Source of the DNA: a virus
Taxonomy: Duplodnaviria > Caudoviricetes
Reading direction: 5' to 3' (one strand)
IMG/VR virus record: IMGVR_UViG_3300032303_002515
Span: 26,840-90,839 of that record
Length of the DNA stretch: 64,000 nucleotides
Position 1 is the first letter of the stretch; every line of letters starts with the position of its first letter. The notes beneath the pieces were generated by a model. That model was not told the origin of the DNA, did not search any database, and saw only the letters and a program-made list of their open reading frames with translations. Of this stretch, positions 28,996-38,744 are shown one piece after another. Position numbers and translations under genes: made by a program.

Positions 28996-29205
28996 ATGGT
29001 CAAGGATAATAAGGTGGCCCCAAAGGCCCCAGTTAAGCCGGCTGCAAAGCCTGCTGTGAAGCCTGCTGCAAAGCCTGCTGCGAAGCCTGCCCCTAAGGTA
29101 GCTGCAAAGCCGGCAAAGAAGGCTCCTGCCAAGAAGGCCGTTGTGGCCCCAAAGGCTGAAAAGAAGTCCCTTCTTGGGAAGGTCGGGTCCTGGTTTAAGC
29201 GTTAA
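28996..29205 (+). CDS. Lys/Ala/Pro-rich histone H1-like small basic protein
   Basis: KPAAKPAVKPAAKPAAKP repeats; RBS AGGAGG. Confidence 0.6.
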   Translation: MVKDNKVAPKAPVKPAAKPAVKPAAKPAAKPAPKVAAKPAKKAPAKKAVVAPKAEKKSLLGKVGSWFKR

Positions 29206-29228
29206 CGCCAACTAGGACGGCTGATACG

Positions 29229-29260
29229 GAGAGCGCCCCGCATGTGCGGGGCGTTTCTCT
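29229..29260. terminator. Bidirectional intrinsic terminator
   Basis: CGCCCCGCA-TG-TGCGGGGCG hairpin followed by TTTCTCT, between convergent operons. Confidence 0.75.
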
Positions 29261-29464
29261 TTAGTCAAGATAAATGTCGGTGCCTGTGCCCCTGCGGTCG
29301 ATCTTCGACCAACCTTCTCCCTTAAACACAACACCGCTAAGAGAAATCATTTTGCGCATGGCGCGTTCGCAGCGCGGGCAGGGATGCTCCGACTCATCGG
29401 ACATGGGGTGAACGATCTCCACCACAACCTTGCACTCTTTGCATGCGTAATCATATGTCGCCAT
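29261..29464 (-). CDS. FmdB-family zinc-ribbon protein
   Basis: MATYDYACKEC...CPRC...ISLSGVVFKGEGW. Confidence 0.8.
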   Translation of the reverse strand: MATYDYACKECKVVVEIVHPMSDESEHPCPRCERAMRKMISLSGVVFKGEGWSKIDRRGTGTDIYLD

Positions 29465-29478
29465 ACGGCGATTATACA

Positions 29479-29679
29479 CTACTCTTCGTCGTCAAAGGAC
29501 ACACGAAGCGGCATGGTGACTGCCCAGGCAAGCGTTAGGACTCCAAGGGTTGCCCCTACAAAGTTTCGCGTCTCGCCGTCTGGCAGAACAATCCAGCCAA
29601 CCAGAAGACCAAAGATAGTCCACGACTGGCTTACCACATCGTTAATTGCCTGCGCTAACAGGTTCTTCCACTTGCTCAT
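29479..29679 (-). CDS. Small two-TM membrane protein
   Basis: 66 aa, two hydrophobic helices, coupled to upstream gene. Confidence 0.6.
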   Translation of the reverse strand: MSKWKNLLAQAINDVVSQSWTIFGLLVGWIVLPDGETRNFVGATLGVLTLAWAVTMPLRVSFDDEE

Positions 29680-31214
29680 TTTACAATTCTCCTCTGCCCG
29701 TTTTGGGCCGCCTTAGTTTGTTGCGGCTTAGGTCCGCCGGATCGCTTTGCCCCTTGGCGGCGACCACCCGCTTTTCCTTTGCCCTTACCACCACCGTCCC
29801 CGCCGCCCCCAAAGCCACCGCCGCCGGAGTTTGAGCTCCCGCGCGTGGCGGCTGCTGCAGCCTGCGCAATGGTCGTCATGATTACGGCAGGCCCAACAAC
29901 TGCGCGGGCCTCTTCTTTTTCTGCTGGCGTAATATCATTACCAAGATTGGCAACAGTGTCAATAGCAGCGCTTACTGCTTTCCCAACTGCCGCAACAGCC
30001 TCTCCCACGGCTTCCGTAACAGCCTCTACTGCAGCGCCCGGATCAATTGGTCCAGGTGTGTCAATAGGTACAGGGCTGGGATTAGGAGAAGGGGTTGGAG
30101 ACTCCGTAGGGGTGGCCGTTGGCTCGGCCGTCGGCTCGGGTGTGGCAGTCGGGTTCGGTGTTGGCTCATTTGTTACCTCCGGGGTTGGCGTCGGTGTTGG
30201 CACCGGCGACGGGCTTACAGAAGGCTCTGGCGTGGGCGTAGGAGCCACGCTGGGGCTTGGTGTTGGTGGTTCTGGTGTTGGAGTAGGGGTTGGCTCAGGG
30301 GTGGGCTCTGGGGTCGGCGTAGGGGTTGGTTCTGGCGTTGGGCTTGGGGTTGGTGGCGGAGGTGCAGGAACAAACACAGAAACCGGCGCCGACGAGGGCG
30401 AATAAACGCCAAGGGTATCATTGTCAGCACGAATCCAGAATGTGTAATTTGCGTCAACACCACCGGTCTGAATAAACACATTGTTAGAAATTGTCATGTT
30501 TGTTTCAAGTGATGCGGCCCCCCAACCGAGCGCGTCTCCGGTGTTCCAGGAGACAGCGTATCTCTCAACATCCGTACCGCTTGCTTCTGGTGCATTCCAA
30601 ATGAGGGAAACACTGCCGTCGCTGTAAACAGTTACCAGCAGGCCAGTTGGGGCGTTTAGGTATGGGTCTGGAACGGGCGTTGGGGTTGGCTCTGGTGTTG
30701 GGGTTGGGGTTGGCTCAGGGGTTGGCGTAGGCGTTGGTTGTGGGGTTGGAGTCCAAGTTGCTGATGGCGTGCCTGGAGCAAGTTCTGCTTCAAAATTGCT
30801 GATCATGTAGTAGTGATTGCCGTAGAAGCGGTCGGCCGTTGGGTCACCACAGCACACGCCCGCGCGAACACGATAATTGCCCGCAGGGACAGAGACGCGG
30901 ATTGTTGAGGCAAGGGAGTGTCCGCCGGTGTGGTCCGTGTAGGAGTCATCGTTGGCGGCAATAAGCGTGCCATTGCTGTCGTACAGCCACAGCATGGAAT
31001 CAACAATGCCTCCGCACCAACCGCTGTTTGTGTTATCACATAGGTCGGTCCAAATATGCAGCAAGCTTTGCTCTGGAACGGTAATCCAGAAATCTTGCGT
31101 GCGATCTACGTAACTATTTTGACTTCCGGCAACTGAGTTGACCACGAAACCATATGCAAACGTAGTAATAATAAGCCAAATAGTTGCAAGGACTGTAATA
31201 AATTTAGTATTCAT
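29676..31214 (-). CDS. Secreted/membrane-anchored protein: PPC-like domain, FN3 domain, Pro-Thr linkers
   Basis: N-terminal hydrophobic helix; DSMLWLYDSNGTLIAANDD (PPC-like); APTGL...LIWNAP...YAVSW...WIRA (FN3); long (PT/PE)n runs; ATG overlaps upstream TGA. Confidence 0.7.
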   Translation of the reverse strand: MNTKFITVLATIWLIITTFAYGFVVNSVAGSQNSYVDRTQDFWITVPEQSLLHIWTDLCDNTNSGWCGGIVDSMLWLYDSNGTLIAANDDSYTDHTGGHSLASTIRVSVPAGNYRVRAGVCCGDPTADRFYGNHYYMISNFEAELAPGTPSATWTPTPQPTPTPTPEPTPTPTPEPTPTPVPDPYLNAPTGLLVTVYSDGSVSLIWNAPEASGTDVERYAVSWNTGDALGWGAASLETNMTISNNVFIQTGGVDANYTFWIRADNDTLGVYSPSSAPVSVFVPAPPPPTPSPTPEPTPTPTPEPTPEPTPTPTPEPPTPSPSVAPTPTPEPSVSPSPVPTPTPTPEVTNEPTPNPTATPEPTAEPTATPTESPTPSPNPSPVPIDTPGPIDPGAAVEAVTEAVGEAVAAVGKAVSAAIDTVANLGNDITPAEKEEARAVVGPAVIMTTIAQAAAAATRGSSNSGGGGFGGGGDGGGKGKGKAGGRRQGAKRSGGPKPQQTKAAQNGQRRIVK

Positions 31215-31396
31215 TTTCCCTGCCCCGATAGCCATGTAACAAGTCCGCCAACTCCTGAAAGGCCGAGAATTGCAAGGACAAACTTCGCAAGACGAAAAGC
31301 CCCCCTCGTTTCGGCCATTTCGTTTTTAAGCGCGTCAAGGTCTTGTTGAATGCGGTCGAGTCTATCGAGAATGATCTCTGCTTGGCTTTTTGTCAT
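31211..31396 (-). CDS. Small coiled-coil plus C-terminal TM protein
   Basis: LDRLDRIQQDLDALK coil then FVLAILGLSGVGGLVTWL; RBS GGAGGG. Confidence 0.6.
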   Translation of the reverse strand: MTKSQAEIILDRLDRIQQDLDALKNEMAETRGAFRLAKFVLAILGLSGVGGLVTWLSGQGK

Positions 31397-31437
31397 GCGC
31401 CCTCCATCTCCTTGGTGACGCATTGATTATCTCAAAT

Positions 31438-31466
31438 AAAAAACGCAATTGCATTAGCAATTGCGT
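31438..31466 (-). terminator. Intrinsic terminator
   Basis: ACGCAATTGC-TAAT-GCAATTGCGT followed by a T-run on the minus strand. Confidence 0.7.
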
Positions 31467-31491
31467 CTACGAAAAAAAGATTATGTTTGTA

Positions 31492-31635
31492 TTATTCTGG
31501 TTGAACGTTCTCACTAACTGGTTCAGGCATACGCTCGTTCTTGCCGATGATCTCGCCAGTTTCTGCATTGCGGACAATTTCAACAAGTAGACCAGTCTCA
31601 GCATCTAGATATGGTGGTTCAATGATAACTGACAT
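31492..31635 (-). CDS. Small hypothetical protein, 47 aa (not in ORF track)
   Basis: MSVIIEPPYLDAETGLLVEIVRNAETGEIIGKNER...; TAATG coupling to upstream gene. Confidence 0.55.
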   Translation of the reverse strand: MSVIIEPPYLDAETGLLVEIVRNAETGEIIGKNERMPEPVSENVQPE

Positions 31636-33533
31636 TAGGATACCTCAATATAATGGACAACGGTTGATCCAGCAGTGCCTGTAAGAGTTGTTGGCAAATC
31701 AGTTTCCGAGGTTTTTTGATACGTCGTAAATCCAAAAATTGCACCGCCAGCACTTGGAGTGCTTAAGGTGGTATGAGATAAAACAGTTGGCATAGTAGTT
31801 CCAGTAAAGATAAAACCAACCCAGTATTCGCTTCCAGCCGTCATTGCGTATGTTGCTGGATACCCACCAGTAGTGCTTAGCGCTCGTGTATACTTCGTAC
31901 TTGAAGTATTACCAATAGTTGTATCTGAATTCGTGCGTGCTACTAAAGTAAAAGTTGTGCTACTGCGGGTATAAATACCAAACCGCGCTAATGTCAATCC
32001 ACTAGAACTAACTGCAGCAGTTCCAATTGCAATGTTGCTAACAGTTATGCTCTTCCAAGGGACTATCCTCATTAATTTCACCGTACCAGCCACTGCTGAG
32101 GAGTTTGCAATTGCAGCATAATGAGGAATATTACCAATAATATTGCTACTATAGAAAGATGGTGCAAAATTCCATGCTGCAATACCTGAAACCGATGATT
32201 CGTACGCTGTTTTTGCGCTATTTGCTGTAGCCGCTGTGGTCGTGCTGGTGCTACTGACAGAATCAGTTAATTGCACCACACCAGCAGCGCTCGTTGAGGC
32301 TGCGGTGACGCTGATGTCTGGCGTCGTGCCGCCGCTTGAAACAATCGGCGCGGTACCAGTGACGCTGAAAACACCGCCGCCGCTTGGGGCAGCCCATTTA
32401 ATACCGTTTGTAGCAGTTGAATCTGCCGTCAAAACATAGTTGTTGGTGCCAACGCCAAGACGTGCTACTGCTGCATTTCCTGAGGCAACAATTACATCGC
32501 CTTTTGTTGTAACGGTTGATTTTGGAACTGCAGCATTTGCAAGATCATACGCAGATTTTACGGCAGTTGATGTTGCAGCGATGGCACTGCTTGTTAAATT
32601 GGTTTGATCACTGAGTGTAACAATGCCTTTTTTGTTTGCAGTATTTGCCTCTGGGAATGGAAGAATTTCTGTTTCTATTCCAGCGATGTTAAACACTAGC
32701 CGCGAATACTCATCTAGCCTATAGGCGATCTCTCCCTCAACCGTACCACTTCCAAAAGGGTCTTCTCCTGTAAGTTTTAGGCGCTTGAACTGTGGTGTAC
32801 TGGTTGTGGCAATAGATTGCGGAAGGCTGAGCGTTACCGCTCCAGTACTTGCACTTGCAACCACCTGATTTGCAGTGCCAGTGACGCTTGTGACTCCGCC
32901 GTGGGAGTGACCAGAAAGACTTACTGCTGTGCCACCCTGTGAGAGTGTCCCAGATGTTACGTCAAGACCAGTCGTAGCAATAGTTGCCCGCTCTGTTCCG
33001 CCAATATCAAATGACAATGTGTCGTCAGAGGTAATGTAGTTTTTTCCTGCTTGCCCAAGAAGTTCTAGCTCAGCAAATCCCGACCCGCCAGCACTAGCTC
33101 CAATTGTTACGCTCGCTGGACCAACTACTTCAAGTTGATGGGATGGTGCGTTAGTTCCGATGCCAAACTTACCAGCTGGAGTAATACGCGCTCGTTCTGC
33201 ACCACCTGTGCCAAGCACAAGAGCACCGTTGGTCTCTGCGTTCCACAAATATCCGACATTGGTATCTGCCATAAGCAGGTACATACCGTCTTCGGTTCCA
33301 GAGCCAGATGTGGTGTTCAGAAGCTGAACTTTGGAATCTGCCTTATTGATTTGGAGGTTATTTGCAAACGATGTGTGCGTGTGCCCTGATGCCCCAAGTT
33401 CAACCCATTCCGTGCCGTTGTAGGTAAACGGCTTATTGGATGTGGTGTCGTAATACGTATCACCGGAAACAGGGGAGGGCGGCGCAGCAGAGAGCTTCGG
33501 GAAGGTGATGCTATTGCCTACGAACTTTGTCAT
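31635..33533 (-). CDS. Fibre/virion-decoration protein
   Basis: Phage_fiber_2-like repeats (KGIVTLSD...AATSTAVKSAYDLA; GVVQLTDS...AATANSAKTAY), ERARITPAGKFGIGT fibre motif. Confidence 0.7.
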   Translation of the reverse strand: MTKFVGNSITFPKLSAAPPSPVSGDTYYDTTSNKPFTYNGTEWVELGASGHTHTSFANNLQINKADSKVQLLNTTSGSGTEDGMYLLMADTNVGYLWNAETNGALVLGTGGAERARITPAGKFGIGTNAPSHQLEVVGPASVTIGASAGGSGFAELELLGQAGKNYITSDDTLSFDIGGTERATIATTGLDVTSGTLSQGGTAVSLSGHSHGGVTSVTGTANQVVASASTGAVTLSLPQSIATTSTPQFKRLKLTGEDPFGSGTVEGEIAYRLDEYSRLVFNIAGIETEILPFPEANTANKKGIVTLSDQTNLTSSAIAATSTAVKSAYDLANAAVPKSTVTTKGDVIVASGNAAVARLGVGTNNYVLTADSTATNGIKWAAPSGGGVFSVTGTAPIVSSGGTTPDISVTAASTSAAGVVQLTDSVSSTSTTTAATANSAKTAYESSVSGIAAWNFAPSFYSSNIIGNIPHYAAIANSSAVAGTVKLMRIVPWKSITVSNIAIGTAAVSSSGLTLARFGIYTRSSTTFTLVARTNSDTTIGNTSSTKYTRALSTTGGYPATYAMTAGSEYWVGFIFTGTTMPTVLSHTTLSTPSAGGAIFGFTTYQKTSETDLPTTLTGTAGSTVVHYIEVS

Positions 33534-33542
33534 AAGCCTATC

Positions 33543-35831
33543 TTACCCGATAACGACGACTCTGTACGTCCCCGCAAGGCTGATTGTGACAGTCAGGGTG
33601 TTGGTCGTCGCGGTTACCACGTCGCAGAACACCAAAGCATCGCCGGAATCGTACACAGAAACCGAAACGGCCTTTGTTCCAAGGCTGTGGGTAATGGTCT
33701 TTGCTTCGCCTGCGGTCCAGGTTGCGCTTGTGTTGTAACGAAGCGCTCCGCCGTAGGTCGAGGCAATTGCCGTACCCTGCCACGTGCCAGCAGAGATTGT
33801 GCCGACGGTGACAATGTCATTGTCGCCAGCATATGTCCCAGCAGCCACTGAGGCAAGGGTTGCGTTGTATGCCTGAACGTCCGTGCCAATCGCAAGACCA
33901 AGCGAGGTGCGTGCAGTTGATGCGCTGGTTCCACCAGTACCACCGTTGGTAAGGCCCAACGTTCCAGTGATCTTTGTTCCAGCAAGGTCAACAGCGTTAA
34001 GGGCAAGTTTGGCGGCAGTGATACCGGCATCCTTGACGCGCAACGCATCGGCGCTGACTTCAATTGTTGAGCCATCAACAGCAACATCAAGCGTGTTGCC
34101 GGTCTTTGTAAGGGCTTCTCCCGCAGTGATCTGACCAGCGCCAGAGAACTGCACAAAGGCAAGGGCAGTCGTTCCAACCGTAATTGGATTCTCTGTCTGA
34201 AGAATGTAGCCGCTGTCTGCGTTTGCGGTACCCTCCTCAACAAAGGTGAACAAGCCAGAAGTTACTTCTGCATCGGTGTCTGCATCTGTTGCGCGGTTCC
34301 ATGCGCCAGCAGCGGCAACGTAAATGCCGTTCTGCGAAGCGGTGGACTGATTCTTTACGAGGACTCGGTTACCAGCAATGACGGCAACACCGTCAATTGT
34401 TTGCGTTCCGCTCAGGGTAATGTTTGCGGTGGTTGCTGCTCGGACCGAAGCCTTGACGTCAAGGCCGGTGGCAACGCCGTCAACATATGCTTGCGTGGCA
34501 AGGGTTCCTGAGGTTGGAAGCGTAAGCGCAGTTGTGCCGGTTGCGGTGAGCGTGACGCCGTATGCGCCGGAGGTTGCAAGCGTGCTGCCATCAGCAAGCG
34601 CAAGAGTTGCGCTTGTTGCAGGAGCCGTAATGGCTACCTTGTTGACGGACGTTGCGGTCGCAACGCCAATTGTTGGCGTAACAAGCGTTGGGGTATTAGC
34701 AAATACCAGCGCGCCAGTTCCGGTCTCGTCGGTAATGGCAGAGATAAGGTTTGCCGACGATGGCGTGGCAAGGAACGTGGCAACGCCAGTTCCAAGGCCA
34801 GAAACACCAGTGCTGATTGGCAAACCGGTTGCGTTAGTAAGCGTGACGCTTGAAGGCGTCCCAAGAGCAGGAGTAATAAGCGTTGGGCTATTAGCAAACA
34901 ACAAGGCGCCAGTTCCAGTTTCATCGGTAATGGCAGAAACAAGGTTTGCCGAAGACGGAGTTGCAAGGAACGTTGCTACGCCAGTTCCTAGTCCAGATAC
35001 ACCTGTGCTGATTGGTAGACCAGTCGCATTGGTCAATACGCCGCTTGCTGGGGTTCCAAGTGCTGGAGTAGTAAGCGTCGGGCTTGTCAGGGTTTTATTA
35101 GTGAGTGTTTGTGACGCTGATGTAGTTACAACATCAACGCCTTCTACGGCAATAATTCCTGCTGCTGATCGGGTAAGGGTAGTATCGCTGGCATGACCAA
35201 GATTAATGCTTCCAACACCAATTACAGTGCTCGTGGAAGCGTAAAAAGATCCAAGGGCATGGTTTAGAGTCGCGACTGTACCAGTGACGGATGGAAGTGT
35301 AAGAACAGTAGTTCCAGCGGTACCCGTTGCAAGCATTTGTACTGTTCCAGAAGTTGATCCAGGGAACGTTACGCTCGAAATTCCTGTTAGATCAAGGTTT
35401 GCAGAGGCTCGGTTAAGAGCAACTGCAGTCGTACCAACATAATGCGTATCGCCTGGGTTAGCCTTTCCATTAGCAAGATCATAGGCAGCCTTGACCGCAG
35501 TAGGAGTTGCAGCAAGCACACTGCTTGTCGTGCTGGTGGAGTCGCTAAGCTGAACGGCACCGACAACGGACGTTGTGGCGGCGGCAATGGTGATGTTTGG
35601 CGTGGTGCCGCCGGACGAGGAGATCGCTCCCGAGCCCGTAACGGAAGTGACGGTTCCAGCGCCGGTTGAAAGAGATACCCACGCCGTACCGTTATATACC
35701 TTGATTAAATTAGAAACAGTGTTGTAATAAATCTGACCCGCAATAGGCGTGCCCGGATCGGTAGCAAGATTCTGGATTGAAGCATTCTGCAACTCATTTT
35801 TTTGGAGGTCAAGATTGGCTAAAAACTTCAT
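33543..35831 (-). CDS. Fibre/virion-decoration protein
   Basis: AVQLSDS...[14 protein letters not shown] repeat; [10 protein letters not shown]...GNRVLVKNQ...NGIYV motif; internal 65-aa tandem duplication. Confidence 0.75.
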   Translation of the reverse strand: MKFLANLDLQKNELQNASIQNLATDPGTPIAGQIYYNTVSNLIKVYNGTAWVSLSTGAGTVTSVTGSGAISSSGGTTPNITIAAATTSVVGAVQLSDSTSTTSSVLAATPTAVKAAYDLANGKANPGDTHYVGTTAVALNRASANLDLTGISSVTFPGSTSGTVQMLATGTAGTTVLTLPSVTGTVATLNHALGSFYASTSTVIGVGSINLGHASDTTLTRSAAGIIAVEGVDVVTTSASQTLTNKTLTSPTLTTPALGTPASGVLTNATGLPISTGVSGLGTGVATFLATPSSANLVSAITDETGTGALLFANSPTLITPALGTPSSVTLTNATGLPISTGVSGLGTGVATFLATPSSANLISAITDETGTGALVFANTPTLVTPTIGVATATSVNKVAITAPATSATLALADGSTLATSGAYGVTLTATGTTALTLPTSGTLATQAYVDGVATGLDVKASVRAATTANITLSGTQTIDGVAVIAGNRVLVKNQSTASQNGIYVAAAGAWNRATDADTDAEVTSGLFTFVEEGTANADSGYILQTENPITVGTTALAFVQFSGAGQITAGEALTKTGNTLDVAVDGSTIEVSADALRVKDAGITAAKLALNAVDLAGTKITGTLGLTNGGTGGTSASTARTSLGLAIGTDVQAYNATLASVAAGTYAGDNDIVTVGTISAGTWQGTAIASTYGGALRYNTSATWTAGEAKTITHSLGTKAVSVSVYDSGDALVFCDVVTATTNTLTVTISLAGTYRVVVIG
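34665..35084 (-). repeat. 195-bp (65-aa) tandem repeat, ~2.2 copies
   Basis: SPTL/TPTL unit starts at 35084, 34889, 34694. Confidence 0.9.
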
Positions 35832-35840
35832 TTCTCTCTC

Positions 35841-36374
35841 CTAGTTTAAATATGCTTTGCCGCCAAACGCAGCAACAAAGCTGACAGTCAGGCTATTATT
35901 ATCTATGTACGAGATATCGCCAATGACTAGCGTTCCTGCGCTATCAACAATTTCTACTGATGGAAAACACGCCAAGTTGTGCGTGATTGTCCACGTTGCT
36001 GAGGCGGAGTTCTGCGTGAAGACGTAGGTTGAGTGGGAAGCGCCGCTGCCTTGCGCCCCTTGCGGCCCGGTAGATCCAGTTGGCCCCTGCACGCCTTGCG
36101 GACCTTGCGGGCCTTGCGGGCCTTGCGGGCCGGTTGAGCCAGTAGCGCCAGTGGCGCCCGTCGATCCGTTTGAGCCAGTTGGTCCAGTTGCCCCGGTGGG
36201 ACCCTGCGGACCAGTGGGCCCCTGGAGGCCCTGCACTGTGCCGCCGCTGGCGCTGGTAATACTTAGCGTTGGCGCACTTACCGAGATTGAAACAGGGCTG
36301 GTTGTTGCCGTAACGCTATTGCTTTGCTGCGTAACGTTAATAGTTCGCGCTTGCTCGGAAACCTCAACGGTCAT
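35841..36374 (-). CDS. Collagen-like (G-X-Y) fibre protein
   Basis: [13 protein letters not shown]...GPQGPQ repeats; C-terminal WTITHNL...PSV motif. Confidence 0.8.
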   Translation of the reverse strand: MTVEVSEQARTINVTQQSNSVTATTSPVSISVSAPTLSITSASGGTVQGLQGPTGPQGPTGATGPTGSNGSTGATGATGSTGPQGPQGPQGPQGVQGPTGSTGPQGAQGSGASHSTYVFTQNSASATWTITHNLACFPSVEIVDSAGTLVIGDISYIDNNSLTVSFVAAFGGKAYLN

Positions 36375-36727
36375 CTGGTCACTTCTCCGGCCACTGTAAA
36401 CAGGCCAGAGATGAGCTTCACCATGGCGCCGCCAACAGGGTTAACTTCAAGGTCGTAGACATACGTCCCTGGAGCGATGAGGCTCAGGGCTTCGTCAGAG
36501 ATGTAGATAGTTACCGCCCCGGTCGTGGCTCCAAGCACGATGCCGGTCGTAGTGCCGTTTGTGCTGGACAACCTGAGGAAAGCTTCTTGCGCACCCTGCC
36601 TTCTCCGAACATGCATGGATGCGGTGGCGCCAGTTAGGTTCACCAGGCTGTTTGCTGCGTCTCTGTATACAAGGCTAATGGTTAAGAAACTGCCTTGTTC
36701 CGCCGTAATATCGTAGGTTGTAGACAT
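36371..36727 (-). CDS. Fibre adaptor/BppU-like structural protein
   Basis: YDITAEQG...[14 protein letters not shown]...YVYDLEV...LISGLFTV pattern typical of fibre attachment proteins. Confidence 0.55.
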   Translation of the reverse strand: MSTTYDITAEQGSFLTISLVYRDAANSLVNLTGATASMHVRRRQGAQEAFLRLSSTNGTTTGIVLGATTGAVTIYISDEALSLIAPGTYVYDLEVNPVGGAMVKLISGLFTVAGEVTR

Positions 36728-36814
36728 AGGAATCCCCCTTGCGCGCATTTTAAGATGCTGAACGATAAATGACCAGAACGGTAGTTTCTACGATTGGTAT
36801 GTTATCATTGTTAC

Positions 36815-37327
36815 ATGGCAAGACCAGGCCGCATGCCGGCAGAACAACTAGCAGCACTCAGGGAGCGCATTAAAATGTTGATGCTCCAGGGTGTTTCCCT
36901 GTCCGAAATTGCAGGAATTGTCAGCCTTAGCGAAGAAACAGTGCGAAAGCACAGCTACGTCATCAAGAAATCATGGGTTGACCCAAACCCAGACCCCGCT
37001 ACAAACAAGGGTGAGCTCATTGAGCGGGCGAACCTTGTGTCCAAGATGGCTGCTGCGGCGGCTGCCCGCGCTAAGGGGACCAGCAATGAGGCCCAGTTCC
37101 TAAAGATTCAACTTGAAGTAATTGATCGTATAGCCAGACTGACTGGCGCCTACGAGCCAGACCGAACCGAGATTACGGGAAGGAACGGGGCGGCAATCCA
37201 GCTGTCCGCTGTCCCCCATGAAATTGACACCCTGCCCAGGGATCAACTGGCAACACGTTTGCAGGCTTGGGCGGAGGCCATGAAAGAAGAGCCTATCGAA
37301 GGCAAGGCGACGGAAATTGAGCCTTAG
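36815..37327 (+). CDS. terS: Terminase small subunit (HTH)
   Basis: N-terminal HTH (GVSLSEIAGIVSLSEETV), C-terminal RTEITGRNGAAI motif, directly upstream of TerL. Confidence 0.7.
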   Translation: MARPGRMPAEQLAALRERIKMLMLQGVSLSEIAGIVSLSEETVRKHSYVIKKSWVDPNPDPATNKGELIERANLVSKMAAAAAARAKGTSNEAQFLKIQLEVIDRIARLTGAYEPDRTEITGRNGAAIQLSAVPHEIDTLPRDQLATRLQAWAEAMKEEPIEGKATEIEP

Positions 37328-38744
37328 TATTAGCAACAGCGAATACCGAGATTGGCTACGCAAGAAGGCCGCAACCTCAGATGCGGCATTTGCCGAGTAC
37401 ATGAGCGGCTTAGTATTTCCTAGGCACTTGCGGGAGATGGAAAAGTTTATGGACAACCATGACCGCGCACTAGTGCTCATGCCACGTGGACATGCAAAGA
37501 CTACTGCTTTAATCTTCCGTGCTGCGCGAATCATTGGCATGACCAAGGGAAACATTCGTATCGGCATCCTTACAGCCGTTCTTGCAGACTCCATGTCAAG
37601 ATCCCGCGCTATCAAGACCCTTATAGAGAGCCCGCTCTTCGCCGAAGTTTTCCCTTGGGCGGCGGATGGTGTGGTCGGCAACAAGTGGACAGATGAAACA
37701 TGGACAATCAAGGGCGTAAACATGGGTAAAGATGCCACATGCTTTGCTGATGGCCTTGGGTCTATTAAGCCAGGAGCCCGCCTTGACTTGCTGTTTGCAG
37801 ACGACATGGTTGGCATGAAAGAGAACGCTACTGCTGGGCAACGACAAAAGGCCTCAGATACGTACTGGCAAGTTGTTGACCCAATGCTTGTTCCTGGTTC
37901 AAAGAAGTGGTACGTGGGTACGCGCTGGCACGAAGATGACTTCTATGCCGAGCTTATGCGCAAGGGGATTCAGGAGTACCAGCGTAGGGCTATCGAAGAC
38001 GATCAGCCTCTTTGGCCAGAGATGTACACGATTGAGGCGTTAAACCAAAAGAAAGAGGAGCTTGGGACGCCTATTTTCATGTTGCAGTTCCAGAATGACG
38101 TTACCTCTATGGGTGGAAATATCTTCCGGCACGAATGGTTTCAGCGCACAGATAAGCTTCCGGAAGGCGCCAGAAGAATTGGCGTTGACCTTGCTTCTTC
38201 TATTAGCGAACGCAGCGACTACACCACGGCAGTGGAAGTGCTTGAAGACGAAGACCATAACCTGTATGTAGTTGGCGCCTGGAAAGAGCGAATCAACGAA
38301 GGCCACCAGGAATGGCTTACTGGCATTACCCGCAATGGGGATATCGGAAATGCAAAGGGGCCCAAGATTCTTTGGCCGCAACGCATGCTCAGCCTGCGCG
38401 GCTTGAACTATGATGCAGAGGAGCCACGGTTTATTGAGTCGCTAAACATTGAGGCCGTACAACATCAGAGCACGTTTGTTCGGGAAATCCTTGGCACAAC
38501 AAGCCTTCCTGCTCGCGCAATCCGCCCAGACAAAGACAAAGTAAGCCGAAGCCGAGCCCTTGCCGCGCGATACGAAGCAGGAAAAGTCTTTCACTTAAAC
38601 GGTGCTCCTGGGATTGACAGCCTGGAGCACGAGATGCTTTCTTTCCCCAACGGGGAGCACGATGACTTGGTAGACGCGCTCGTGTACGCAGCGGACCTAA
38701 GCGGAAACTCTTTCTACTTTACTTCTGGCAAAAGGTTCTTCTAG
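37317..38744 (+). CDS. terL: Terminase large subunit
   Basis: Walker A MPRGHAKT, Walker B LLFADD, GTRWHEDD, nuclease IGVDLA and FPNGEHDDLVDAL. Confidence 0.92.
   Translation: MSLSISNSEYRDWLRKKAATSDAAFAEYMSGLVFPRHLREMEKFMDNHDRALVLMPRGHAKTTALIFRAARIIGMTKGNIRIGILTAVLADSMSRSRAIKTLIESPLFAEVFPWAADGVVGNKWTDETWTIKGVNMGKDATCFADGLGSIKPGARLDLLFADDMVGMKENATAGQRQKASDTYWQVVDPMLVPGSKKWYVGTRWHEDDFYAELMRKGIQEYQRRAIEDDQPLWPEMYTIEALNQKKEELGTPIFMLQFQNDVTSMGGNIFRHEWFQRTDKLPEGARRIGVDLASSISERSDYTTAVEVLEDEDHNLYVVGAWKERINEGHQEWLTGITRNGDIGNAKGPKILWPQRMLSLRGLNYDAEEPRFIESLNIEAVQHQSTFVREILGTTSLPARAIRPDKDKVSRSRALAARYEAGKVFHLNGAPGIDSLEHEMLSFPNGEHDDLVDALVYAADLSGNSFYFTSGKRFF

Noticed and set aside
16259-35084. Diversity-generating retroelement (repeats in hub and fibre genes as TR/VR)
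   Set aside because: The copies differ at all base types and in-frame codons, not only adenines; no reverse transcriptase in the window.
29779-36240. DNA-level tandem repeats (PT, GPQ)
   Set aside because: Explained by low-complexity protein linkers and collagen repeats.
37317-38744. Intein or intron in terL
   Set aside because: Length (475 aa) is normal; no splice-junction motifs or frame interruption seen.
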